This document shows, piece after piece, positions 38,182 to 49,412 of a stretch of 64,000 nucleotides of DNA (positions within the stretch are counted from its first letter, which is position 1; every line of letters begins with the position of its first letter). Under the pieces are notes generated by a model, which worked only from the letters and a program-made list of their open reading frames with translations, ran no database searches and was not told the DNA's origin. The DNA is taken from IMG/VR virus record IMGVR_UViG_3300017971_000185, positions 124,001 through 188,000 of that record. One strand, given 5' to 3'. The position numbers and the translations under genes are program-made.

Positions 38182-39202
38182 CTATTTTAAGCCTCCGAAG
38201 CGCTGCCCCGTATGTCGGACGACACTGGAGAGAGACGGCGCGTACCTCAAGTGCCCGAACGATCTCACGTGTCCGGCCCAGGTAGAGGGGAACATCAAGC
38301 GGTGGGTCACGAAGCTGGGAATCAAGGATCTGGGTGACTCGCTGATCAAGGCTTTGGTCGAGCACGGCAACATGAGGGAGCCTGCCGATCTGTACCATCT
38401 GCGGCCGAAGGTACTGGCTAACTTCCGCACGAGCGGCAAGAAGGTTGGCTTCTCGTCAGCGAACCGGATCGTGGACAACATCCAGGCAACGCGGGAGCTA
38501 CCGCTGGCGCGGTTCGTGGGTTCGCTCGGAATCGACATGTGCTCGCGGTCTGTCTGTGAGACCATCTGCGAAGCGGGTTTCGACACGCTGGGCAAGATGG
38601 TGGACGCGACCGTGGCAGATCTCATGACGGTCCCCAAGATGGGCAAGAGCAAGGCTGAGGCTTTTGTGGAGGGTCTTCAGGCCCGCAAGACATTCATCAA
38701 CAACCTCCTCGACGCTGGTGTGCGCATCAAGAAGCCGATCGTGGGCAAGATGACCGGCAAGAGCTTCTGTTTCACGCAGGTTCGCGACAAGGATCTGGAG
38801 CGCAAGATCGAGGCTCAGGGCGGCATCGTGAAGGGCAACTTCAGCCGAAGCCTGTCCTACGTCGTGACGAGCAAGGCAGGGCTCACGAAGTCTGGAAGCA
38901 AGCTGGACAAGGCTCGGCAGCACGATATTCCCATCATCGATGTGGATGAGCTTGAGGACATGCTAGGATCTACGCGGAGGTTTGGCGGCTTGCCGCTGCT
39001 TCCTGATTCTGTACCGTGGGGCACAATCTACGGTCTGCCCTACGATTTGCCTGACGGTCGGCGGGTGTGGCTGTGCCGGGGCAAGTACAATCGTGTACGC
39101 TTCTACACAGACGACGGAGAACAGGTGGGCCCTGAGCAATCCAACGTGGTTCCTGCTGTGGCTTTTGCTATAGCGCAGGGATGGCGACAAGCTCATGGAT
39201 GA
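38168..39202 (+). CDS. ligA: NAD-dependent DNA ligase, C-terminal part (Zn finger, HhH, BRCT) plus an extra C-terminal segment
   Basis: Own GGAGGAG RBS and ATG; CPVC...CPN..C, LGIKDLG, SLGI..C, VPKMGKSKA, GKSFCFT...QGG...V...SKLDKA. Confidence 0.88.
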   Translation: MPNHSYFKPPKRCPVCRTTLERDGAYLKCPNDLTCPAQVEGNIKRWVTKLGIKDLGDSLIKALVEHGNMREPADLYHLRPKVLANFRTSGKKVGFSSANRIVDNIQATRELPLARFVGSLGIDMCSRSVCETICEAGFDTLGKMVDATVADLMTVPKMGKSKAEAFVEGLQARKTFINNLLDAGVRIKKPIVGKMTGKSFCFTQVRDKDLERKIEAQGGIVKGNFSRSLSYVVTSKAGLTKSGSKLDKARQHDIPIIDVDELEDMLGSTRRFGGLPLLPDSVPWGTIYGLPYDLPDGRRVWLCRGKYNRVRFYTDDGEQVGPEQSNVVPAVAFAIAQGWRQAHG

Positions 39203-39566
39203 TATATTCCCACAGGAGCGTTACGATCGAGCACGGCAATTGGCTGAGGAGTTGTACGGATCTCCTCTTGCCGTGAGTCGTCATCGAGTCGTTTTTCGCG
39301 ACGGCGATGAAGTCGTCAAGGTGCCGACGCGAGAAAGCGGCGTTGCTGCTTGCGACTGTGAGTTGACGCAGCAAGGTGAGCTTTTGGCGAAGACGCGACC
39401 TGATCGCGAGTTGTCAAAGGAAACTGGACTTCCCATCGTGAGGATGGAACATGTGGAACACGTGGGTTGGTCGGATGAGCTCGACTGGACCTGGAGCATC
39501 GACTGTGGGCAGGTGGGTCGGACCAAAGACGGCCGGTTAGTTGCCTATGATTGGGAACATTTCTAA
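39195..39566 (+). CDS. Minimal protein-kinase-like fold protein (123 aa)
   Basis: RHRVVF..EVVKVP..G...C.E..IVRMEHV..SIDCGQVG..GRLVAYDW parallels the beta3 Lys, alphaC Glu, catalytic-loop Asp and DFG-like Asp. Confidence 0.5.
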   Translation: MDDIFPQERYDRARQLAEELYGSPLAVSRHRVVFRDGDEVVKVPTRESGVAACDCELTQQGELLAKTRPDRELSKETGLPIVRMEHVEHVGWSDELDWTWSIDCGQVGRTKDGRLVAYDWEHF

Positions 39567-39576
39567 AGGCGGGAAG

Positions 39577-39831
39577 ATGCGTGAGGTTCTGAAGCAACGG
39601 CTGGCGGCTCTTTTGTGTGGTGCTTACGAGGCAGGGAGAGTTTCTGCGGAAGTTGGTCTGTCGGAGCAAGAGGCGATGGGCGCGGAGCGCGATGCGGCGT
39701 GGCTCGATGCTTTTGCTCAAGAGCATAGGGAGATCTACGAAGATCCGAACGAGGAGACAGAGCACGATTGGCCTGTTTGGGAGAAACAGGCAGAGCATGT
39801 TCTGCGGCTGCTGACGAACAACCCAGGCTGA
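39577..39831 (+). CDS. Hypothetical protein
   Basis: ATG 39577 after GGGA; 84 aa. Confidence 0.55.
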   Translation: MREVLKQRLAALLCGAYEAGRVSAEVGLSEQEAMGAERDAAWLDAFAQEHREIYEDPNEETEHDWPVWEKQAEHVLRLLTNNPG

Positions 39832-39850
39832 AGTTGGCGTAGTATAGAGT

Positions 39851-40441
39851 ATGCCCACTCGGGGCCAGAGACGGGCTGCTCGGCTGCGCGAGCGAGCCGA
39901 CATCGGCGTTCTTTTAGCCGAGTACGGCTACGGCATCTTGCCTGACGATACGCGCGAGCAGCAGTATCGCTGCGATCTTCACGGGATAGACAACAAGCCT
40001 TCGGCCCGTTACTACCCACGAACCAACAGCACCTATTGCTTCGCATGCGGGAAAGCCAGAGATCCGATCTCCTTGGTCATGGACAAGGAAGGACTCAGCT
40101 TTCGTGAGGCATGTGACAAGCTGGAGCAGAGGTTCAATCTTCCGCCGCTACCCTGGGAGGAAGAGGACACGGAAGAAGAGGCACCGAGTGTCGTTGGCGA
40201 GATCGATGAAATCGTCGCATCTGGCGTTTCCTTCGAGCGAGAGGCAAAACGGATGGATCGGTTTCTCGACAACATCGTTCACGATCGGTCTTTCGATATG
40301 CAGTTGACCCTAGGATTCGTGGAAGTCTACGATCGCATCATGTACGGGGTTCGCAAGCAAGAGTGGTCTGAGATGGAAGGGAAGGCTTCGCTTGCTCGCC
40401 TGCATCGCCGTCTTTTGGAGAAGCTCAGGGAAGTAACGTGA
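39851..40441 (+). CDS. Stand-alone primase-type CHC2 zinc-finger protein
   Basis: YRCDLHG.DNKPS....YCFACG...DPISLVM..EGLSF.EA..L; no TOPRIM domain follows. Confidence 0.75.
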   Translation: MPTRGQRRAARLRERADIGVLLAEYGYGILPDDTREQQYRCDLHGIDNKPSARYYPRTNSTYCFACGKARDPISLVMDKEGLSFREACDKLEQRFNLPPLPWEEEDTEEEAPSVVGEIDEIVASGVSFEREAKRMDRFLDNIVHDRSFDMQLTLGFVEVYDRIMYGVRKQEWSEMEGKASLARLHRRLLEKLREVT

Positions 40442-40456
40442 TCGGTACAGTGAGAC

Positions 40457-40933
40457 GTGGCCGACCCTGCGGATGTGCCGCCGCGTCTTTCCAAAACGCG
40501 TCATGTGACTCTGGCCGATGCGATCTTCGGTGATCTTCGGCTCATGTTTCCTGTTCCCTTGGAAGATCCGTGGGGAGTCCTCGCGCCGTTGAAGGGCACG
40601 TCGTGGGAACCGCGCATACCTGTGGTGTCTGGGAACGTGTTGTCTCACGCGATGCACGGCCACACCAAGATGCTGCGAGAGAAGCTGGGTCGGCCTCCGC
40701 GCATAGCTGCGCAGCGCGTGCCAGAGGAAGAGGCGTGGTGCATTCTCGGCCAGAACGGTAGCTGTGCTATGGCCGGGGCTAATTGCCGTCCAGGCGGTAA
40801 CGGGTCTCTGCCACAGTGCTACCTCCCACCCGAGTTGACGCCCGATCAAGCCTATGTGGCGTCTGCGGTCGCTCTTGCCTGGGATGAGGGTAGATACGTC
40901 ATTGTGGTCGAGGGTGAGGGATTCGTTTTGTAG
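40457..40933 (+). CDS. Hypothetical Cys-containing protein
   Basis: 158 aa; GTG start; WCIL...C...C...CY. Confidence 0.55.
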   Translation: MADPADVPPRLSKTRHVTLADAIFGDLRLMFPVPLEDPWGVLAPLKGTSWEPRIPVVSGNVLSHAMHGHTKMLREKLGRPPRIAAQRVPEEEAWCILGQNGSCAMAGANCRPGGNGSLPQCYLPPELTPDQAYVASAVALAWDEGRYVIVVEGEGFVL

Positions 40934-40954
40934 CGAGAGGGGGTAAAGGAGATC

Positions 40955-43900
40955 GTGGCTCAGTCGTTTCTCAAGCTAGCCCGAGAGAAGGCACGGCCAA
41001 CCGTCGAGCGTCGTGAGTGGATGGACGACGCGGTGATGGAATTGGTCACTGCCGAGATGCTTCCTGGTGTGATCGACAAGTGTATCGAGGCTGGCCTGTA
41101 TGCTGCCGACCTGGAGACGACGGGGCTCGACGTTCGGGTTTTCGAGGGACGTACCAGGGACCAGATCGTTGGCGCGTGTCTGAGCCACGATGGCGTTCAC
41201 GGCTACTATGCGCCGGTACGCCACAAGGGCGCAGGAGCCAAGCACAACATCCCCGTCAGCTTGTTTGAATCCGAGCTACGGCGGTTGTTCGCGTCGAAGG
41301 CGAAGCCGATCTTCCACAAGGGGAAATTCGATCACGAGTTGCTCCAATTCAGTGGCGGAGAGGCCCTCGCTGAATTCGATGATCCGAATGGCTGGGAAGA
41401 CTCGCTGATTCTGGCTTACCTGTACAACAACAAGCTGGAGCGGATTGGCCTCAAGTACCTGGCGGACCAATTCTTCAACCCACATGTCGAGGAGGATCGC
41501 AAGCGACGCAAGAACGGCGAGAAGGTCCCGTCGTACATGATCGAGCTATGGGAGTTGTTCCCAGACGGCAAGGAAGGAGAGCACTACGATTTCTCCGAGC
41601 TAGACCCCGGATGGGAGCCCGTTGTCTGGTACGGCAGTGGTGATGCGCTTTTCACGTATCGGCTGTTCAAGCTGTTTCATCCCAAAGTGGTCAAGCCCGA
41701 AGAAGGCGTCAGCCAGCGCACCATCTACAACATCGAGAAGATGTGCTGCACGGCGACGCGGTGGATGGAGCGATGTCGAGTCCACACCAATCAGGACCGG
41801 GTTGCTGAGCTTATCCGGCTTGGGCAGAAGGAGTTGTTCGATTCGATCAAGGCCATCTACGACTTCTGCGAGGAAGCCTGCGGGCGAGACATCGCTCCGG
41901 CGTGGTGGCATGTCTTGGCGAAGGGAGTGCCCTTCGAGGGGGACAAGGAGGATCTTCCTCCGTTGTTCAACTCCGAGGATGCGAAGCAGGACTACAGGAT
42001 TCAGATCGAGGAAGCCAAGAAGGTCGTAGAGCACAATCGCAAGCGTCCCACATGGGACCGGTCCGAAACATTGGCCGAGGTCGAGGAGAGACAGAACAAG
42101 AAGGTCACGAAGAGCCTGTCGGATGGAAAGACATATGAGTTTCCTTACCAGTGTGACGTGATGAGCGCGCGGCGGCTTGGGCCGTTGTTTGAGGAGATGG
42201 AGATTCCTGGCCTGAAGCGCACGGAGGAGTCCAAGCAGGTCATGACTTCGGCGGCCGAGTTGGATCGTTTGACCGACCTGCACGGGGAGACTTTCCCGTT
42301 CATGGCACGGATCAAGCGCTTTCGTGAGGTCCAAACAGCCTTGTCGCGTTTCCTGTTGCCGATGCGGGATAACGTATGTCCCGAGGACGGGACGCTCAAG
42401 ATCGACTTTGAGGGATGGCGCACGGACACGGGTCGGTTCTCTACACCATCGGACAAGAACCCGAAGCGCAACGGCGGCACGAGCTATATGATGCACGCGA
42501 CGCCAGCGACGTATGATCCGAAGCGTCCTGAGTGCCTCCGTCGTTTACGTGAATGCATTACGGCTCGACCTGGCCGCATCTTGTGCTCAATCGACTACTC
42601 TGGCGAAGAGATCAGGATCATCACGAACCTCAGTCGTGAGCCCAAGTGGATCATCGAGCATTTCCGTTGCAGCGAATGTGGCAGGACGTTCGATCAAGGC
42701 GATGGGAAGAACACACCGGAGGCTCCTCCACACTTCTGTCCGCGCTGCGGTTCGGACAAGATTGGAGACATCCACACGCTGTCCACGATCGCGTTTTACG
42801 GAGAGGATTCGCAGAAGGACAAAAAGCAATTCAAGCAACTGAGGAAGCAGGCCAAAGCATGCAATTTTGCTTTATGTTACGGCGGTGCTGGGAGTGCCGT
42901 ACAGCGCTCGACGGGTGTTGACGAGAACGAAGGTTGGCGCATCTATCGACAATTCACGGCGACGTATACCCAGCTTCAGAGTTGGATCAAGGGGCAGCAC
43001 GAATTCGTCAAGCAGAATGGATACGTGCTCACGGCATTTGGGCGGCGTTGTCCACTTCCCGACATCCACATGCCGAAGAGGGATCCGAGGACGGGACGCG
43101 ATAACGGATTCTTCATCTCCAAGGCAAAACGGAACGCAGTGAATGCGCCGATCCAGGGGTGTTTGAATTCGGATACGCGGATTCCTACGTCTCTTGGTCT
43201 TAGGCGCATCGCAGACCTACAAGATCAGACTTTTCAGGTGTGGACAGGTACGGCTTGGCAAGACGCTAGAGCTTTCGCTTCGGGGAAAAAGCGACTTTGC
43301 ATGACTGTGTTTGACTCTGGGCGTGTCTTGAAAACAAGCCCGGATCATCGATTTCGTGTCTGGACTGAAGAAGGGTTTGAGTGGGTGAGGCAGGAGGATT
43401 TGACGCCAGAGTGTTGGGTCGCCTGCAATGCGGAAGCTATCGAGTTGCCAGAACCAACCTACGAGTCACACAATTGGAAAGGATTTGGCATCCAGGGAAA
43501 CAGCCCAGTGTTGTGGGAATTTCTGGGGATGGTTTATGGGGATGGTTCTCTTTACCACGATGGGTTGAAGGTCTATGTGGGCGAAGCTAACGAGAGTATC
43601 GCGACTGATTTTTTGGCGGAGGAGTATGCACGAGCGTGGGTGAACAAGCTCAACGATGCCCTTGGTGTGGGAGCGACGTGTCGGAAAAAGAAACGCCCTG
43701 AGAATGAGAAGCATAAACGGCCCACGTGGGAGATCTGCATCTACAACACGGCTTTTCGTAGGTTTTGTTGTGAGGTCTTGGGGGTAGAAGATCAGAACAC
43801 GTGGACGAAGCGTTTTCCCTCAGCGGTTTGGAGCGAGTCAATCAGCAACAGAGCAGCTTTCCTGCGTGGATACTTCAGCGCGGACGGGGGCATGAGTCCA

Positions 43901-45153
43901 TCAGGGGACGCAGCGTCGGTGAGGAGTGTATATCTAGCGCTTCTGCAAGATGCCCAAGCGTTGCTGCACTCTATCGGAATTCGGGCGTCCTATCGGTCGA
44001 GATGTCTGCGTGTGTTTCAAGCCGGCCAAACGTTCGATTTTGGAAAACCCCACCAGCTCACGAAAGCGCAGGCGATCGAGAACAGAGAGATCCCATGGAT
44101 GGGGCAGTGGTATCGTCTGCCCACGGATCTCGTTTGCCAGATAGGCGCCTGCGTGCGGCAATCGTCTGTGTATAAGGCGCTCCCACGTGAGCAAAAATCG
44201 GCTGTGTTGAGGCTATGTGTTGGGTCTGGTAGCAAGCCTCAGTGCCTCAGGTATCTCAAAAGGTTGCCCCCTGACGAGGTCCCTGTTTCCATTTGGGAAG
44301 CGTTAAAGTACGACTATGAGACTCCGGTCGTGACGGAAGACTCCACCACGATGGTGGATATGTACGACATTGAGGTGTTTGACGATGAGCACGCTTTTGT
44401 AGCGGATGGGGTCGTAGTCCATAACAGCGGGGCTGACATCCTGAAGCTGGCGATGTCTCTGATCTACAAGGAGTGCAAGAAACGCGACTGGCTGGAGAAG
44501 GTCTACATGGTCGCGTGCATGCATGACGAGATCGTTTTCGAGATCGTGACGGACATCGTGGAGGAAGCGCTCAACGTCATCATGCCGTTGATGATTCGCA
44601 ACTCGGCAATCCTCAAGTTGAAGTGGCCGATTCCGTTGATGCTCGACTGCGAGATGGGGTACGACTGGATGGTTCCCTGGAACCTTGTGGAGTACACTTC
44701 AGGTAAAGCGGAATGGCCGGAGGAGATCAAGTCGTTCTTTCCCAAGGCCGTTGCCGGATCGGCAGCGGTTACGCCAGATGCCGGAGATCCAGATCCGATC
44801 GCTCCGGTTCAACTCACCAACCGTGCTGAATCTGCAAATGTTCGTCTGGGTGTCGTGGAGCCGCCTCCAGATTCAGTCCCAGATTCGGCCCCGCCAGACC
44901 CGGCCCCGCCAGATTCGGTCCCGGTCAGTGTTCCTGATTTCAAGGCAGGCGATGTCTACGTCCACAGACTACGAAAGCCATTGCGGCAGGGTACAGTAGA
45001 GAGTCTGGCAGAGGTTCTCTACAAGTGCCGAAACAGAGGTTCTCATCCCATCGAGATTCGTTCGTCAGATGGGGAACACGTGCTTTGGAAGAGTACGGAC
45101 TTCACGATCAATCCCGTGCAGTTTGCCGTACTCGCCGACTATAAGGGTATCTG

Positions 45154-45154
<1 letters not shown>
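40955..45154 (+). CDS. polA: Family A DNA polymerase with 3'-5' exonuclease; intein-containing
   Basis: [46 protein letters not shown]...YG, TAFGRR, NAPIQG|[13 protein letters not shown]. Confidence 0.95.
43160..44425 (+). mobile_element. Intein (422 aa) with LAGLIDADG endonuclease in polA
   Basis: NAPIQG|CLNSDT ... TSPDHRF ... FLGMVYGDG ... [10 protein letters not shown] ... [10 protein letters not shown]|SGAD. Confidence 0.95.
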
Positions 45155-45804
<650 letters not shown>

Positions 45805-45826
45805 TCCGATAGTGCTCCTTTAGAGG

Positions 45827-46654
45827 ATGTCTCGGCAACCGACAGACCTGTTGATGGATTGTGTCCAATCGCTGGAGGAGAAACTTCACGAACGAGTCGA
45901 TCCGTCCAGCGTCACAGATCAGGTCTGTGGCATGTGTCGCAATCCTACGTGTAGGCGAGCCGGGTGGGCAGAGTCGCAGTGGCAACATCGGATGGATACG
46001 CAGGTAGAGCGGTTGCTCAACAACCCTCGGTTCTCAGATCTGGCGTTGCCTCGGCATCTGATGATCCACCAAGAGGAGTGGAAGGACTTGTCTCGCAAGG
46101 CGATGAAACTCGACATCGCTGCGCGGCGTGGCGACTGGACGCCAGTGACGGATGACGACTTGCCTTCCGATGGACGGTTGGAGGTTAGCTCTGAGGAGAG
46201 CGCCAACGCAGTCGATATCGCGCTGGAAGCCCTGGCCAAGAAGAAAGGCAAGACACGTCCGCAGGTTCCTCGGCTCGTAGGTGGTGTGGAAGACCCAACG
46301 ACAGAGGGCACGCCGGAGCCTTCCACGGGGCCACCAACGCAGGCTCAAAAGAAGGTCGAGAAGATGACGGAAGATCTCGGGCTTTCGGTTGAGCAAGACG
46401 AGCCCTTTGCCGAAGAACCAGTCCCTGATCCTGAGCCCAAGCCCAAGCCCAAGCCCAAGCCAGTAGCCAAGCCGAGACCGTCTCCACAACCGGTGCCAGG
46501 AAACACACCGGTTCCGCGCGAGGGCATCATGGTCGATGGTGGTCCGCCGCCATCGTCACAACCTGCCGCAGATCCGTGGGCTCCGAAGAAGGAACGTGTC
46601 GTCAAGCCGCATTCGACGGTTCGAATGGGCGTCAAGGATGAGAAGGATGAGTGA
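45827..46654 (+). CDS. Hypothetical protein with CxxC..C motif and Pro-rich C-terminus
   Basis: CGMCRNPTCRRAG; (PK)n tract. Confidence 0.65.
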   Translation: MSRQPTDLLMDCVQSLEEKLHERVDPSSVTDQVCGMCRNPTCRRAGWAESQWQHRMDTQVERLLNNPRFSDLALPRHLMIHQEEWKDLSRKAMKLDIAARRGDWTPVTDDDLPSDGRLEVSSEESANAVDIALEALAKKKGKTRPQVPRLVGGVEDPTTEGTPEPSTGPPTQAQKKVEKMTEDLGLSVEQDEPFAEEPVPDPEPKPKPKPKPVAKPRPSPQPVPGNTPVPREGIMVDGGPPPSSQPAADPWAPKKERVVKPHSTVRMGVKDEKDE

Positions 46655-47756
46655 GGTCGATCCCAAGCTATGGGCTGCCATCGGCCGACTCTCGGCGTCT
46701 GTGAAAGATCTCGATCCTCGGATCGCCGCGTTGTTGGAGCAGCTAGAGCAGGGTGTCCACGAAGAACAAGTGCTTGCCGATCTGGTCAAGCTGGTTGCAG
46801 AAGATCCCGAGCTTGGTCGTCGCATCGAGGAAGCTGCGCGTACCGAGTTTCAGCCGTTGCAAAACGAGACGGCCGAGGATATCGAAGAGTCTATTACAGC
46901 ACTTCGCAACCTCAAGGACCGACAACAAGCCCTACGGGATCTGAATTTCGAGGAAGAGGATTTGGTGTTCCATCCCGAGGGCACCGGCCTTCCGCAACTT
47001 CACCCTCTGGTGATGGGCTACATCATCGAACGACTGCAATTCGATGATGACATTCCCGAGCTACGCACGGGGAGCTTGCCTGTGGGTGCTCCTCCGGCTG
47101 TTCCCGTCGAAAGTGCTGTCCGAGATCCCGCAGTGTTGGGAGCCCAGCTTGAGAAGGCTTCTCAGGAGGTCCGAGAAGAGCTAGACGGTGCGCAACGCGA
47201 GAAGATGAAGGAACTAGAGGCCCTGGAGCCGGAGCTACAGGAAGCTGCGCTGGTCCCGCAGGGAAAGGAGAAATTCCTCGCGGTGGCCGAGGGCAGGGTC
47301 GGCGTGCCAGGATACCGAGCGGGACATAGGGCGGCTTTGCGGAAGGTCGAGCTAGACGACCAAGCCATCGTCCACATGACCGAGGATCTGCGGCAGAAGT
47401 ACGCCCACAAGGCTCTCACGTCCACCCAGGGACGCCGGAGCGCTGTCCCGGTCATCGGAGCCCTGGTCCAGAGGGAGCTAGTCCAGAAGGGCTACAAGGT
47501 CACGTTAGACGGCCCGGAGACGCTGCTGGAGGAGCCCATCGCGGAGGCTTCCTGGGCTCTTTCCATGGAAGCCGCGGTGGCGGAAACCCAAGGTCACTTC
47601 TCATTCATCGACAACGCCGCCAAGGTGCTTTCGATGCATCTCGATCGGACTCTGGCCGAGGAAGGTGTGTTGCAGATTTTGCTGCACATCGAGCCGATCA
47701 ACGAGATCGCGAAACGCCGGGTGGGGTGGGAAGCGAAGGCCGTTGCTTGTCAGTGA
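46647..47756 (+). CDS. Hypothetical protein
   Basis: ATG 46647 after AAGGA, overlapping the previous stop; typical codon usage. Confidence 0.65.
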   Translation: MSEVDPKLWAAIGRLSASVKDLDPRIAALLEQLEQGVHEEQVLADLVKLVAEDPELGRRIEEAARTEFQPLQNETAEDIEESITALRNLKDRQQALRDLNFEEEDLVFHPEGTGLPQLHPLVMGYIIERLQFDDDIPELRTGSLPVGAPPAVPVESAVRDPAVLGAQLEKASQEVREELDGAQREKMKELEALEPELQEAALVPQGKEKFLAVAEGRVGVPGYRAGHRAALRKVELDDQAIVHMTEDLRQKYAHKALTSTQGRRSAVPVIGALVQRELVQKGYKVTLDGPETLLEEPIAEASWALSMEAAVAETQGHFSFIDNAAKVLSMHLDRTLAEEGVLQILLHIEPINEIAKRRVGWEAKAVACQ

Positions 47757-48187
47757 GCGTCAAGGACAAGCGATTGTGGACTTTCATCGTTCGCGGTGGG
47801 GAGCAAATCGTGCTCCAGCCGAAGGGCAACATCCCCGAGGAACACGAGGGTGGCCGTTCCGTCATGCGTTTCGTGCTCACGGATGAGGATGCAGAGGCGA
47901 CCGAGACGCTGCTCAAAAATCACGGCTGCGAGGTCGAGAAGTCCACGGTCCGGCAAACGGATGAGCAGGAGAAAGAGCGGCAGGAGCTAGCTGGGGTCAT
48001 GCGCGATGAGATGGTGTTTCCGAGCACCGCATGTCTCGCGTGTACGTTCTTCGATCCTCACATCGAGGGTAACTGTGGCGTGACTGGATGGGCGCCCGAG
48101 AGTGTCGAGTCGTTGCTGGAGCATCGCGACAAGGCAAAGACCGATCTGGCCGAGTGTCCTTTGGAGAAGTATCTGGAGGTCCAGTGA
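47753..48187 (+). CDS. Hypothetical protein (CxxC)
   Basis: GTGA overlap; CLACTFFDP...C. Confidence 0.6.
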   Translation: MSVKDKRLWTFIVRGGEQIVLQPKGNIPEEHEGGRSVMRFVLTDEDAEATETLLKNHGCEVEKSTVRQTDEQEKERQELAGVMRDEMVFPSTACLACTFFDPHIEGNCGVTGWAPESVESLLEHRDKAKTDLAECPLEKYLEVQ

Positions 48188-48987
48188 GTCACGAGATCAA
48201 GCTCATGGACGCCATGGAGGGGCTGAAGTTGTTGGCCTCGGGCTCTGTGGACATGATCGTCACGGATCCTCCGTATGAGTCGCTCGAAAAGTGGAGGGCA
48301 ATGGGCACGACCACTCGACTCAAGAAGTCCAAGCAGTCGAGCAACGAGTGGTTCCCGACCGTCCCCAACTCCTACTTCCCACCGTTTTTCGCTGAATGTC
48401 ATCGAGTGCTTCGCTCGGGCACGGACATGTACATCATGTGCGATGAGGAGACGGGCGACATTCTGAAGCCGATGTTGCGGGAGGTTGGTTTCGAGCTACG
48501 GAAATCGCTTGTCTGGCACAAGGTCGGCAAAGAGGTTGACCAGATCTGTCCTCATTGCAAGCGCGTTTGCGGTCAGGAGTTTTCGCCTGGTGTGCCGGGC
48601 ATGGGCTATCCGTTCCGCAGCCAGTGGGAGATGATCTTGCTCGCGCGCAAGGGCAAGCGTCCAATGCCCAAGGACAAGAGCGTGCGCAACGTTCTTCCCG
48701 TTCCGTGGATCAAGCGTAAAGACGCATTCCCCACCGAGAAACCAGTGGAGTTGTGCGAAGTTTTGATCAGGCAGTCGAGTGAAGAAGGAGAGCTAGTGCT
48801 CGACCCGTTCGCGGGCTCGGGGTCGGCTGGGGAGGCTGCCTACCGGCTCAAGCGAAACTTTCTCGGTTTCGATGTCGAGCAGAAAGCTCTCGACTACTTC
48901 AATGCACGCAAGCAGACGTGGAATGGTGTTGGTTCGGCGGTTTCCGCCGAGCCGTTGGTTTTCAAGTTTTTCGGGAGAAAGCCATGA
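48184..48987 (+). CDS. Complete beta-class N4/N6 DNA methyltransferase
   Basis: VDMIVTDPPY, HRVLRSG, LVWHK, FPTEKP, VLDPFAGSGSAG; CPHCKRVC insertion. Confidence 0.9.
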   Translation: MSHEIKLMDAMEGLKLLASGSVDMIVTDPPYESLEKWRAMGTTTRLKKSKQSSNEWFPTVPNSYFPPFFAECHRVLRSGTDMYIMCDEETGDILKPMLREVGFELRKSLVWHKVGKEVDQICPHCKRVCGQEFSPGVPGMGYPFRSQWEMILLARKGKRPMPKDKSVRNVLPVPWIKRKDAFPTEKPVELCEVLIRQSSEEGELVLDPFAGSGSAGEAAYRLKRNFLGFDVEQKALDYFNARKQTWNGVGSAVSAEPLVFKFFGRKP

Positions 48988-49412
48988 GTTTGACGAGGAA
49001 CCCAGCGGGAGCAATCGCAGGTCGCGGAGCTTCATGGACGCAGTGTAGCACGGTCGGGCCGTATGGTCGGTGCGTAGAACAAGAGGGACATGAAGGCAAA
49101 TGCACAACCTTCATCAGTGGTCGTACAGTGCCCGAATCTCCGTTGCCAGGCGCGTTGAAGGGTGTTGCCAATGCGCTCAGGGATGCGCAACTGGATTCGT
49201 ACTACGAGCCGTTTCTCTTCGATGCGCTCAGCGATCTCATGCGTGCAATAGGACGGCCGGACGCTGCCAGTGCTGCTGATCGGTTGAAGGCCGACCCGAG
49301 CTACGACAGAGGCTACGAGGATGGTCGTGAGGCAGCCTACTATGAAGGCTACGATGAAGGATATGATGAAGGAGAGCAAAAAGGATATGATGAAGGAGAG
49401 CAAAACACGTAA
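48984..49412 (+). CDS. Hypothetical protein with GYxxG repeats; paralog of the next gene
   Basis: DSYYEPFLFDALSDLM...AASAADR...GYEDG..GYDEG. Confidence 0.6.
   Translation: MSLTRNPAGAIAGRGASWTQCSTVGPYGRCVEQEGHEGKCTTFISGRTVPESPLPGALKGVANALRDAQLDSYYEPFLFDALSDLMRAIGRPDAASAADRLKADPSYDRGYEDGREAAYYEGYDEGYDEGEQKGYDEGEQNT
49357..49404 (+). repeat. Perfect 2x24-nt tandem repeat AAGGATATGATGAAGGAGAGCAAA
   Basis: 49357-49380 and 49381-49404. Confidence 0.9.

Noticed and set aside
47390-47490. KALTSTQGRRSA resembling a jumbo-phage capsid N-terminal motif
   Set aside because: Only a short stretch; the rest of the protein does not resemble a capsid protein and it sits among replication genes.
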